Shown in pieces: positions 1-11,142 of a stretch of DNA of 64,000 bases. Below the pieces are notes generated by a model, which did no database searches, was not told the origin of the DNA, and saw only the letters and a program-made list of their open reading frames with translations. Positions within the stretch are counted from its first letter, which is position 1. The number at the start of each line of letters is the position of its first letter. The position numbers and the translations under genes were made by a program. The stretch spans positions 10,168,001 through 10,232,000 of the forward strand of contig NC_058368.1 in NCBI RefSeq assembly GCF_018350175.1. Direction: 5' to 3'. Origin of the DNA: Felis catus. Lineage: Eukaryota.

Positions 1-788
1 GTGGTTGAATTGCTCCCATACGACTTCTGTTTTTATGACAGTTAAGTGATTTCTTCTGTGGGTGTTTATACTGTCTCACGATTTCGTTTTATCTTATGTG
101 ATCTTTATTTCCTGTTTGGTGGTACTTTTTGTGACAGCCTTTTAGAGTACATGAGAATCTCGGTGTATAATGCCCTCAAAAAGAGCGAAGGCTGTGCTCA
201 GGACAGTGTTAGTTCATTCTGCGTGACAAAGACTTATCCCAGCTCAGGACCTGGGGACTGGAATCTCCTCGAGAGCATCTCAGGGGCTGCTGGTCATTCT
301 GTGCCTGTATAAAATGTCAACTCAGAGCAGTTGGAGTGAAGGAAACTCAACTCCTCCAACAGCTGTGTGCTCAACACCCACTGCTAGTGACTGCCCTGTC
401 ACTCCTCATCTTTGAGCACATGCCCCAGTGCAGACATTTATTTTTATGCAGTATATTCATACGCCACTAAACTAACGTATTAGGTAAGTTATAAAACACA
501 CTAAATGCTAAAGGAAGAAGTGCTTCGGGCTGTGTGGGGGTCACACACACAGCCTTGTTTTGTGCCCTGTGCTCGAGCGTAAGCTTAGGTCTTCCGCCAG
601 CTCCTCAGTAATCCTCCGACTGCTCCCTGTCGCCTACCTGCCTTGGTCCCCAATCTCTGTCCTTTGCCTGTCCCCAGCTACGATCGGAAGAGCTTGATCT
701 TCTGAAATCTTCACTGAAACCCTTTTATCCTGAGATCTCCTACCCCACACAAAACTGAAACCCTACTGTGGGCAAGACAGAAAAGGGA

Positions 789-794
789 GTGTGT

Positions 795-834
<40 letters not shown>
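789..834. repeat. (TG)n microsatellite
   Basis: TG run with one TA interruption. Confidence 0.95.
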
Positions 835-836
<2 letters not shown>

Positions 837-3049
837 GGGGGAAAGAGGATACTTCCCATGATTGCAGACTGAAGGCTGATGGCCCAAAGGCCTTTAAAAG
901 AGCTTAAATGTTGGGTTTTAAGAGGAACAAGAAGCAGGTGTTTTGCCTCACTCTAAGGCAGAAGCAGAAGTCTGTCTTTTCCATCGGGAGCCTCATTCCT
1001 CTCAGCAGGTGCCTCTCGGCCCGCTTGGCACGTCAAAAGGAAACCAAGAGGCTCTTTGAGGTCGGCTGGTCAGATCTTCCAGGGAGTCATCCCATCAAGC
1101 TCAAGCCTGCTTTCTGTTCCTTTTCCCAGCTTGGTTCACCTATATAAAACTGTAGTCAGCGTCCTGTAAGGTGTTCCTTGCACCTTGGAGCCACATCTGT
1201 GTGACCCTATAGAGTGCTCCCAAAGCAGATGCTCCCATCTGCCCAGGGACTTGAAATACAGATGCAGCTGTCGCTTCTCCGCCTGCGTGGAAAAACCGTG
1301 GTGGCTGCTGGCACTTCTGTCCTTGGTTGTCTGTGTGTGCGATTTGTAGTTGAGCCTTAGCGGTGCCCCCCAGGGGTGAACTGAGGACTCTTTAGATGCT
1401 TTGCAGCCTCTGCTCCACTCAGATGTACCTTCTCCAAGATTCCTAGCATAAGCCGATTCCGTTGGACTTCTCCAGTTGGGCTTTTCTCTCCAGACAAGTG
1501 GGACATGGCCTATTACTTAACAAAGTAGCCTTGGGGCCAAGCTAGGCTTCGGTAGCTTTTCAGATCTCCTCTGTTCCTGGTGCCCTCAGGACGGGTGCTG
1601 GGGCAGGTACAAGATGCTTGTGCCCCAGAGCCTTGCCATTTTGCACTGACTTGGTGGCTTGTAGGATCTGCTTGCTCTGGGGTCTTGGTTTCTCTTCCCT
1701 AGTTTTGCTTTAGAATGACCTACCCATCAGCCAGCTATGCTACAGGCTGACAAGCAAGTAGGAGGTTCCCTTTGAATTCTAGTGTCTGGGACGACGCTTA
1801 TGCTTTTTGGATGGCGAGTGCCTCAGCAGAGCTCATTTGTGGTAGGGCTGAGCCAGGAGGCAAGAGACTAACAATCTTGGCAGGCATATTAGGCTGAATG
1901 AATGATTACCACCTCAGCTTAAAGTATTTTACTGGATTATCCCTCTTAGACAGTCTCAGAGCCCAGAACAGGTACATTTTGAAAGAGAGAGGGGAAGGGG
2001 AGGGATGAAGGATATGGCCCAGGGCAGGGGCTAGGGAGGTGGTGGGGGGAGGTAGGATAGAGAAGACTCCAGGAAGACACAAAATGAAGCTGGGGAAGAA
2101 GAAAGGGGGAGCAGCTGAAGGCAAATCTTTTGTTTCCAACAATTCTGAGGATCGCTACTTGGTATTGAGTTTCTCTATGAGAACTTGAGGGGTTTGAACT
2201 AGATGTCTTTAGTGGGCATTCTGTTTTCAAAATTGCTTTAATCTCCGAGTGATTCAGACCACCAACAGCTCTGACTCTTGGGGCCTCTGTTATCTATTGC
2301 TAAGGACTGTCATCTCCCCGGGTAGTCCCCCCTCGAACGACAAAATTACCTGAAATCTGGCTTCAGATGCCTTCAGCTATTACTCCCTCTCTATCTCTCC
2401 CAATCAACACTCCCAGGAATATTCCTTCCTACGGTGTGATTCAATGTTGTGACGAATATATTCACGGACTCGAGAAACTTCACCGATTGAATACCTATAA
2501 TGCCTGCTTGAGACCAAGATACATAAAAAACAAATCCTTCTTTTTTCAAGGAACTCATCGTCAGGGGTGGGAGACAGGCACGCAGTGGTAATGTCGTGAG
2601 CTCTGTAATCGAAGTAGTTTTTGGGTATGTTCCAACCCTGTGGATTGACATTGCCTGAGGGAAGGCTGCTTCTGGGAGGGAGGCTTCCTTTGAAGGTTAA
2701 GGATGAATCACCCTGACAAGAACCAGGGCCTTTCAGAGGGAGCAGAGGGAGGAGCATAAATGAAATCACGGAGACATGAGTCTGAATCTGTACGTAATAG
2801 ATACAGTAGCATCTGGATTACAACTAGTAGCCTGTCTGACATTAATTTATTTAAATTGATATTAAATTGGACACAATCTCATCTTTTTTTATTAATTCAC
2901 GCCAAATTTGATTCACCCTCTGTTTCCCTTTGGTATAAGAATGATTTTTGGTTCATTTGCTTGCTTATTTAAAAATAGCTCTTTGCTGTAAGGTTTAAAA
3001 TGGAGCCATTTGGGGCTTGCAATGACAAGGACTCAAACTAGCAAATGTT

Positions 3050-3690
3050 GAGAGTATGGAGCAAAAAGTTGCTGGTGGGTATATCAAATAGTAGGATCAC
3101 TGTAACACTTGAAACAGATCTGGCAGTTTCCCACAAAGTGAAACCAAATCTACTCCATGACCCAGAAATTCTACTTCTGGGTATTCACCCAAGAGACAAG
3201 AAAACACATGCCCGTGGAAGGGCTTGTCCAAAAATGTTCATGGCCATTTTATTCTTCACAGTCCCACACCGGATACAACCCAAATGACCACCAATAGCAG
3301 AAGGTAAACAGACTGGTATGTTCACAAGATACTACTAGATCTTAAAAAGCCCCAGTGATTGGTGTATTCAACGACAAGAACTTCAAACACATTATGCCGA
3401 GTGAGAGGAGCCAGACACAAAATCATACGTTTTGTATGTGGGCCTTTATTCAAAGGGCTACAACAGGCAACATTTATCTGTGATGAAGGAAATCAGACGA
3501 GTGAGTGTCTTGAGGGAGGAGGTGTTGACGGGGAAGGAGCCTGACAAGCCTTTCTGGAGTGGTGGCAGCGATCTCGATTATATGGGTATGGGTTACATAC
3601 CCCCAAGTGTCAACCCATCGAACTGCACGCGAAGGATCAGCGCGTTTCACTTCATGAAAAGGATACGAAAATTCAAAAAACGCTGAGGTC
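3050..3690 (+). mobile_element. Old L1 (L1M-type) ORF2 end/3' UTR fragment
   Basis: Diagnostic 'catgacccagaaattctacttctgggtattcacccaagaga' and L1 3' UTR-like sequence ending in an A-rich tract; boundaries approximate. Confidence 0.75.
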
Positions 3691-4199
3691 AGAAAAGATA
3701 TGGAGCAGGGTGGGGATGGCTTACAATTAAATGTTAGGTCGTAAAAACAAAGAACCACAGAGAATTGGAGAGTAAACCTGGTGCACACACGTGCACTCCT
3801 GACCTTTAGACCTCGGCTGACATTTGTAACATGGGCATTGAACTTGATGACATGGTACCACTTGCATTGTTCCTTTCTTTTGGTCTTTGCTACATAGATG
3901 ACAATTGCTGGGAGTAAGAAAAATTTTACAGCTCCTCTCTGATGTATATAATACACACACGCGCGCGCGCACACGTATATGTAATGACGATTAGGGAACC
4001 ATGGATGTTCCGACTCAGACAAGGCTCCTTTACTTTCCAGATGAGGAAATGGAGGCCAGAAGGTTGAAGGGCCCTCTCATGGTCAGTTATTACTCAAAGA
4101 TAGCAAAGTGTACCAAGGTTTGTTGGCAGAAGAAATAGCCCTGGCTTCAAGAAGCTCTTGAACAGTAGCCTCTATGGTTTTATGTCATCACGGTTTATT

Positions 4200-4450
4200 A
4201 CTGTGTTCTCAGTAGTAAAGGACAAGGCTATCCTATTTATTGTCTTTTATGGACCAGGCCCTGCCCAGGTGCTTCTCACATAACATTCCTAACCCAGTCC
4301 AGCAAAGGTGCAAGGTAAGCGCTATTATATATATTCAAAGACAAGGAAGTGAAGAGATGGAGAGGCCATGTGACTTGCCAAAGATCGTGAGCGCGAAACG
4401 GAAACTTAAGTCAGTTTCATTCCAAACTCCATGCTCTTTCCAGGAAGACT
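4200..4450 (-). mobile_element. MIR SINE remnant
   Basis: Degenerate MIR core 'gaggccatgtgacttgccaaagatc'. Confidence 0.55.
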
Positions 4451-4658
4451 TAATGATCCTTTCAATATGAAGTGTACTCTTTTTAATCCATACTTATACA
4501 ATTGTGCATTAGACATATGCCCTTTGATATTTTGGTCCCATCAAATTTGTATATAGAGCGCTATTCTCAGATATTTTTCCTCCTTCCTAGAATTTCTCTA
4601 TTTAGTGCGTAAGTAGTTAAATGGAAGATTTCATCCTGTGTTTCTTCATAATTTTCAG

Positions 4659-4750
4659 ACAGACAAGTTCTTGATCGCTTTATTCGCTCTCACTGTGGCA
4701 TTGACATGGGACAGGAAAATGACAGAAACGGTTCAAATGAAGAAAATTGA
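4659..4750 (+). CDS. TEX26: Terminal coding exon of testis-expressed protein 26
   Basis: Acceptor 'tttcttcataattttcag|' at 4658, phase 1; reads (D)RQVLDRFIRSHCGIDMGQENDRNGSNEEN* with TGA at 4748-4750; matches recalled human TEX26 C-terminal DRQIIDRFIRTHC. Earlier exons lie upstream of the window. Confidence 0.88.
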
Positions 4751-4882
4751 AAATCAATGAAAGCACCGGGTCAAAGGGCCTACTGAGTCATTTTTTCAAT
4801 AATGAAAAAATAATAAGATCCAAATTGTTCTAAATAATTTATTCGTGACGCTGTGTAATTTTGTTTTATTTTGTTTTTAAAC

Positions 4883-4888
4883 AATAAA
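4883..4888 (+). terminator. TEX26: Candidate polyadenylation signal for TEX26
   Basis: First AATAAA after the stop codon, preceded by U-rich sequence. Confidence 0.55.
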
Positions 4889-5809
4889 ATCATTTAAGGT
4901 CATAAATCCTTCCCACCACCAGAGCTTTAACTGTATCTAATAGATTTTGCTGTAATGTTTTGTTCTATTATCTTCTGGATACTTAATTTGTGGTTTCAGT
5001 TTTGATATCCTCTTAGACCCAGAAATTATGCCAAAGAGGTTTCTTAATTTTCGATAATTAGAGGATTTAAAAAAAACGTGTAATTGTTGATTGCCTGTTT
5101 GAAAGTTAAAAATATATATATATTTGCTTTGGAAAATATACCAAAGTTTTCTTTCGTTGTGCATATGATTAATTTGTAAATTACATGAATATAAGACGAG
5201 AAAAAAATGTGTAGGTTATTGTGTTTCTCACATCGTGTTTATCTTTGCTTTAATTGTATACTTGAACTGTCAAATTCTGAAAGAATAATATTAAAAACAG
5301 CCCACAGTAAAAATGTTTTCATTAATGTCTCCTTGGATTTCATATATTTATATTTATATATGTAAATATATAATATATAGCTGCTATGTTGTTTGTCAAT
5401 GTTCATGACTCATAGAGCTTTTTCAGTGATTAGTTTCCTGCTCATTACATACTCTTCCTCTTTGACCTCATTAATAATTTTGGCCATGAATTACCTTGAA
5501 GCTGATATTAGTGTTGCCATCCATGTTGGGCTTGCTTTTCTTTGCCTTTTCTTGGTATATCTTTGCCTTCCCTTAATTTCCAATCTTTCCTTGTAGCATT
5601 GTTTCAATATGCTTCCAGAAATACCTTATGCCTAGGTTTTATATTATAACTAATGAGAGTCTTTATCTTTCGCCAGGAGAATTTAGTCAGTAATTATGAT
5701 GCTTGACATACTTGCTTTTATGATTGCCATATTACTTTTTGTTATTCTTTATTGTTCTTTTTAGATTTACTTTAAAATTTTTTCTTTATTTTTTTTCTTA
5801 AGCCATTAA

Positions 5810-6035
5810 TTTTTATTATTTTTAATGTTTATTTATTTATTTTGAGAGAGAGAGAGAGAGAGAGCATGAGTGGGGAAGAGGCAAAGATAGAGAGAGGGAG
5901 AGAGAGAATCCCAAGTAGGGTCTATGCTGTCAGTGCGGAACCTGACACAGGCCTCGATCTCACAAACAGTGAGATCATGACCTGAGCTGGAATCAAGAGT
6001 CAGATGCTTAACTGACGGGGCCACCCAGGTGCCCC
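5810..6035 (-). mobile_element. Can-SINE (older subfamily)
   Basis: Reverse complement of GGGGCACCTGGGTGG head, (CT)n region and A-rich tail. Confidence 0.95.
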
Positions 6036-6735
6036 TGATTTTTAAATTACACTATTTTTTGAATTAAAAGCAGTTTTTGAAAAGTCATACATGGCCATTG
6101 CTGAATTTGGGGTTCTCTATTAAAATAAAAAATTACACAATTCCTATGCTTCCGGTGCCTTCTCCTTCACAACTCCTCCCTTCCCCACTTACTGATGGGA
6201 GATATTTTATTTCCCCATCTCGTAGTGTACTTCCTGTCCCATCCCCACACGCACATGTACACACACGCTCACACACACTTCACTGCTGAGGGAGTTTGGA
6301 ATTTTTGCTTCAAGCGCTTCTTAAGGATTTCCTTGCAATTTCCTTTCCTATTTAAAGAAGATGTAAGGCATATAATTTTCAGTCACATCATCAGTATCAT
6401 CCACTTATATTTAACTATCACCGGTTCCTCCATTCTTTTGTCTTTCTAAATGATGAGATCCGTGCTCTGACTTACTTTTATCTGGTTAGAATAGTTTCTA
6501 TGGATTTTCTCAGATGGGTTCCCAGGATGGTAACACCCTGAACTTTACTTATCCCACAAGGTCATTCTTTTGACCTTTTGTCTTAATTAAATGGTATCTT
6601 GTCTGGGTGTAGAATTCTTGGAACTAACTTTGATTTTCTCAATTGCCCACAGGTATTCTATTGTCTTGGTTGAGAGTACAATTTATAAGTCAGATACTGG
6701 TCTGGTTCAATTACTGCCATACGTGATCTGGGTTT

Positions 6736-6739
<4 letters not shown>

Positions 6740-6767
<28 letters not shown>

Positions 6768-6779
6768 CATGTGTGTGTG
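6740..6779. repeat. (TG)n microsatellite
   Basis: Direct reading. Confidence 0.9.
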
Positions 6780-7144
6780 CTTCCTGGAAGTTTACAAGAT
6801 TCTCGTTATCTTTAGACTATTTCGGTAACTTTTTGAAGCTATGTTCAGTTTCATTTGGAATTTTTCTCTAACTTCAGGTAATTTCTTTTACTTCACCTTT
6901 TGTTATTATGGCCTTTCTCTATGGAACTCTCTATGCTACCTTTTCTCCTTCTGAATATAATAATATTTGCAGCTGAGGCCTCCTGGATCTGTCCTTTTAG
7001 TCTTTCGCCTTTTTGTTTATAGTTGTCATTTTTAAAAATGGTTTTAACTTCTGTTGTATGTTTCTTCCTTTTGCTCACTCAAAACATCAGTTTGGTTCTT
7101 AGCAATGACCCTTCTGCTTGCCACATTTTAAAATCCAGGCATTA

Positions 7145-7359
7145 GGGGCGCCTGGGTGGCTCAGTCAGTTGAGCAGCCGACTTTGGCTCAGGTCACGATC
7201 TCACGGTCCATGAGTTCAAGCCCCGCGTCGGGCTCTGTGCTGACAGCTCGGAGCCTGGAGCCTGTTTCGGATTCTGTGTCTCCCTCTTTCTGACCCTCCC
7301 CCGTTCATGCTCTGTCTCTCTCTGTCTCAAAAATAAATAAATGTTAAAAAAATTTTTTT
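7145..7359 (+). mobile_element. Can-SINE (SINEC_Fc-like)
   Basis: Full length; TSD aaatccaggcat at 7131-7142 and 7360-7371. Confidence 0.97.
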
Positions 7360-9590
7360 AAATCCAGGCATCAAATTTTATTTTAGCTTTAGTTTTAGAA
7401 AGCCTTTTTTTCACTCTATGATTGAATCTCCTTGAGAGTTTACTTCTCTTTTGTTAAACTTATCCTTACCTTCTTCATTGACCCTGCCTTAATTGGAGCC
7501 ACCTTTTCTAATTTTGGGGTCTGGTCTTTTCCCTCAATGTATAGAGTACTCATAAAGGATATCATAGGTTGTCTGCCCTCAGGCCAGGTCAGTCCCCTGG
7601 GGCCTCTGAGCCAAGAAAAATGAGCCTTAGGGGAAGGCTGGTCAGTATTTGTTTACTGGCTGAGAAGTGAAGGGCTTGGCTAATAGAAGGGCCCTTGCTA
7701 CTGAAGGGCAGGGGAGAGTCCCATACTCCCTCTGGCTCCTCCGAGAAGGGGATGAACAACTCTTTCTCAACTGCGCAGACTGGGAAGAGTGTTGCAAACC
7801 CCTCCAGGTTTTGTATGGTCATCAGGCTTGGACAGGTTGTCTCGGAACCACAAGCGACAAGGGGACAGGTGTAGTGCTTCTGGAAGGTATATTCCCACAT
7901 CTGCCCATTGGGGCCCATCAGAGAACCTTGAATCGGAGATCCTTGCTCTGGGTTTCTCCCATGGCTCGGTGTCTACTGCTCTACCATGGCACAAAGATTC
8001 GAAAAGAATAAAGATCTCTACCTACTCTGAATTTCTGACGAATTTGTGACTTCACACAAGGCCCAGGCCCCGCTCAGTAACGTGCAATTTGGTTGTTGTG
8101 AGGTATTGGAGTGCATCGGAAGCTCCTTAAAGATAAGGCTTCTCAGCCTCACTCTCTCTACTTCCCCGGAAGTTGTGTGGGGGCATTCTCTCCTCTGCTC
8201 CCTGCCCTGAATAATAATTACCAGCAAGATTTGCGTGGGGAGGCAGCTTGACCACACAGTGTTTTATGGATCTCTTGTTTGTACCTGTCCTACTTTCCAT
8301 TTCCATTTTGTATGAAAGCAGCAATATCCCAATGGTGTCTCTTTAAGATGGGTAATTTTCTACCTATAAGCTGGTGTTTGCCCCACTTGGGCCAGCACTC
8401 GAACATCGAGCTGCTGTTGATGTCTTTCTTGGAGTTCTAGGGATTTCGCTGTGGCCAGCCAGTAATTTCACATGGATTCACTCTTAGTTTAGTGTGTGTA
8501 GTGTGGGGCTTCCTGACCGTCCTTACAACACTCACTCCAAAGCATGGTCCACACGCCACTGGGATCCTGTGACAAATACGAAACGAGTAGCCACTTCAGT
8601 CGATATTTATTGAACACCTACTTAGTCTGCAGTATTTTGTTACAGCAGCCCAAATAGACTCATACACCTACCCCAGCTGACCTGCCAGATTAACCCACAA
8701 ATTGTGAGTGAAAAATAAATGGTTTTCGTTGCATGCCACCGAGATTAATGTAACCATAGCTAAATGATTCACACACAGTATTTGTTTAGATGAGACATTT
8801 CGGGGAAACCTCAAAACAAAATGAAAGGCTTGGTACAATCAGTTCTCCCTCTTAAAAATATTAAGTCTGAACACCACTAAAAACTGGGTAGTGTTTAAAA
8901 AGTGGTTGTCTTTTAACATAGGAGAGGGCGGTTGTGTTTCCTTTGTATTTTAAAGCCTGCCAAATGGTGAAGGCATTCGAAACATTGAAAACTTCAAAGG
9001 TTCTCCTGAGGCCAGTAGCCACTGGTTATTTTAACGTGCCAAAGGGTGTGAATGATTGCTTTGCTATGGTTCCTTCTCAGAGCATATTGTCAAGACCAGA
9101 TCAGTCAACGCATCTGACGTGAATTAATTATGTGGTCCTAGTATCTCTATTACCGTATTTCAAAGAGAGTTGCATTTCAACACAGATAATGATTCTGAAC
9201 TTGTTTCTTTTGTGGAATCCCCTGATGTTTTTTTTTTTTTTTTTGATTCCCTTTCCACTCTCTTGCAAAACTCACCCCCGCACACACACCCAATCAAAAA
9301 AAAAAAAAATACATACATAACAGATTTTTATACTTTCCAGAAACATCTGTTCTTTGTTTTTAACCTCTTGAGGAAACTGTGATATAAATATGTTTAAATT
9401 TGTTCTGTTTTGTTTAAAAAATGCTTTCACGAACGGAAGAGTCGAAAAGTAACATCACTTTAAATTAAAGACTGCAGTAATTTATTTAAAAAAAAAATAA
9501 GAGGAAAAGAGAAAAATCACCATGGTGCATATGTAGTGGAATTTTCATTATGTGCTGAGAACCTCTCTGTACAGCAAGTATAGGACACAG

Positions 9591-9640
9591 CAGTGCTTCT
9601 CAACCTTGGCTGCACAACAGAATGGCCTAGAGAGATTTTG
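9591..9640. mobile_element. MER5-like hAT terminal fragment
   Basis: cagtgcttctcaaccttggctgcacaacagaat resembles the MER5 end CAGTGGTTCTCAAACTTGGCTGCACATTAGAAT. Confidence 0.6.
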
Positions 9641-9731
9641 ATGCAGGGCTCGATCTCATGAACCACGAGATCATGACCTGAGCTGAAATTAAAAGTCAGG
9701 CATTCAACCAACTGAGCCACCCAGGTGCCCC
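9639..9731 (-). mobile_element. Can-SINE 5' half only
   Basis: tRNA-related head present; CT region and tail absent. Confidence 0.85.
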
Positions 9732-9759
9732 TGTCTCCATTTAAAGTGGGCTTCCTTGT

Positions 9760-10307
9760 GTGCGTATATACCACATCTTTTTCTATTCATCAGTCAATGG
9801 GCATCTGGGCTGTTTCCATAATTTGGCTATTGCAGATAATGCTGAAGTATCAGGGTGTGTGTATCCCTTTGAATTAGTATGTTGTGAGTGGGGGGATGGC
9901 TTCAGTAGGTGATGGGGATTAAGGAGTGCATTTGTTGTGTTGAGCACGGGGTATCCTATGGAAGTGTTGAATCGCTATATTGTACACTGTATGTTAACCG
10001 ACCAGAATTTAAATAAAAACTTAAAAAATGGGGGTTCCCGGATGGCTCAGTGGGTTGAGCAGCTGACTCTTGATTTTGGCTCAGGTCATGACAGCAAGGT
10101 TTGTGGATTTGAGCCCCGCCTTGGGCTCTGTGCTGACAGTGTGAAGCTTCCTTGGAATTAATTCTCTCTCTCCCCCTCTCTCTCTGCTCCTTCCCCACCC
10201 TCTCCTGCTTGCTCTCCCTCTCTCTCAAAATAAATAAGTAAATGAAAGAAAGAAAGAAAGAAAGAAAGAAATCTTTTAAAAACTTTAAAAAATGAAAATT
10301 AAAAAAA
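9760..10307 (+). mobile_element. 5'-inverted, truncated carnivore-type L1 with a SINE in its tail
   Basis: Antisense L1 3' segment 9760-9885 joined to sense L1 3' end 9886-10030; degenerate TSD taaagtgggcttccttgt (9742-9759) / taaagtaggtttcttgt (10308-10324). Confidence 0.75.
10030..10277 (+). mobile_element. Can-SINE with (GAAA)n tail
   Basis: Degenerate head ggggttcccggatggctcag; TSD taaaaact(t)taaaaaatg. Confidence 0.93.
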
Positions 10308-10678
10308 TAAAGTAGGTTTCTTGTAGATAGCAAATAATTAGACTTGCTTTTATTTTCAATCTGATAATTTCTCTCTCAATTAGTGAGCTCATGCCATTCA
10401 CCTTTAATGTGATTATCGGTACGATTGGATTAAAATGTTTCATTTTGATATCTGTTTTCCGTTTTATTTCATATCTTCTTTTTTCCCTCTTTTTCCATCT
10501 TCTCGTGGATTGATACCAGCATATTTTTTGAATCAGTTGGATTGATCCAGATTATTTTTATTATTCCATCTTTGTCTCCTTATTATTATATATGCTGTTT
10601 TCCAAATATTTTCTAGTGCTTGCCTTAGTTTCTCCAATATACATCTTGAAGTAGCATGTATCCACTATTAAATATTTT

Positions 10679-10912
10679 GGGGTGCCTGGGTGGCTCAGTT
10701 GGTTAAGCGTCCAACTTCAGCTCAGGTCACGATCTTGTGGTCCGTGAGTTCAAGCCCCGCGTCGGGCTCTGTGCTGACAGCTCAGAGCCTGGAGCCTGTT
10801 TCAGATTCTGTGTCTCCCTCTCTCTGACCCTACACCTTTCATGCTCTGTCTCTCTCTGTCCCAAAAATAAATAAACGTTAAAAAAAAAATTTTATAAAAA
10901 AAAAAAAAAATA
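10679..10912 (+). mobile_element. Can-SINE (SINEC_Fc-like), outer element of a tandem
   Basis: Full length; TSD taaatatttt at 10669-10678 and 11143-11152 encloses both SINEs. Confidence 0.96.
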
Positions 10913-11142
10913 GGGGCGCCTGGGTGGCGCAGTCGGTTAAGCGTCCGACTTCAGCCAGGTCACGATCTCGCGGTCCGTGAGTTCGAGCCCCGCGTCCGGC
11001 TCTGGGCTGATGGCTCAGAGCTTGGAGCCTGTTTCCGATTCTGTGTCTCCCTCTCTCTCTGCTCCTCCCCCATTCATGCTCTGTCTCTCTCTGTCCCAAA
11101 AATAAATAAACGTTGAAAAAAAAAATTAAAAAAATAAATAAA
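10913..11142 (+). mobile_element. Young Can-SINE (SINEC_Fc) in the tail of the preceding SINE
   Basis: Near-consensus GGGGCGCCTGGGTGGCGCAGTCGGTTAAGCGTCCG with CpGs retained. Confidence 0.97.

Larger units (their letters stand above)
5250..7600 (-). mobile_element. Highly degraded antisense L1-like remnant interrupted by SINEs
   Basis: T-rich L1-antisense texture ('cttgtctgggtgtagaattcttgg'); family uncertain. Confidence 0.5.

Noticed and set aside
2335..2591. KLPEI... resembling TEX26 KIPEL, and ORF 2367..2591
   Set aside because: Similarity stops after about 5 residues and there is no suitable acceptor; chance match.
3474..4022. 182-aa minus-strand ORF
   Set aside because: Overlaps an L1 3' UTR and a CA/CG dinucleotide run; no coding signature.
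7145..7225. tRNA-like A/B boxes
   Set aside because: Heads of tRNA-derived SINEs followed by CT tract, tail and TSD; not tRNA genes.
10878..11099. Recurrent ORFs such as MGQRETEHE... and ...SSPASGSVLTAQSLEP... throughout the window
   Set aside because: Translations of Can-SINE sequence, not genes.
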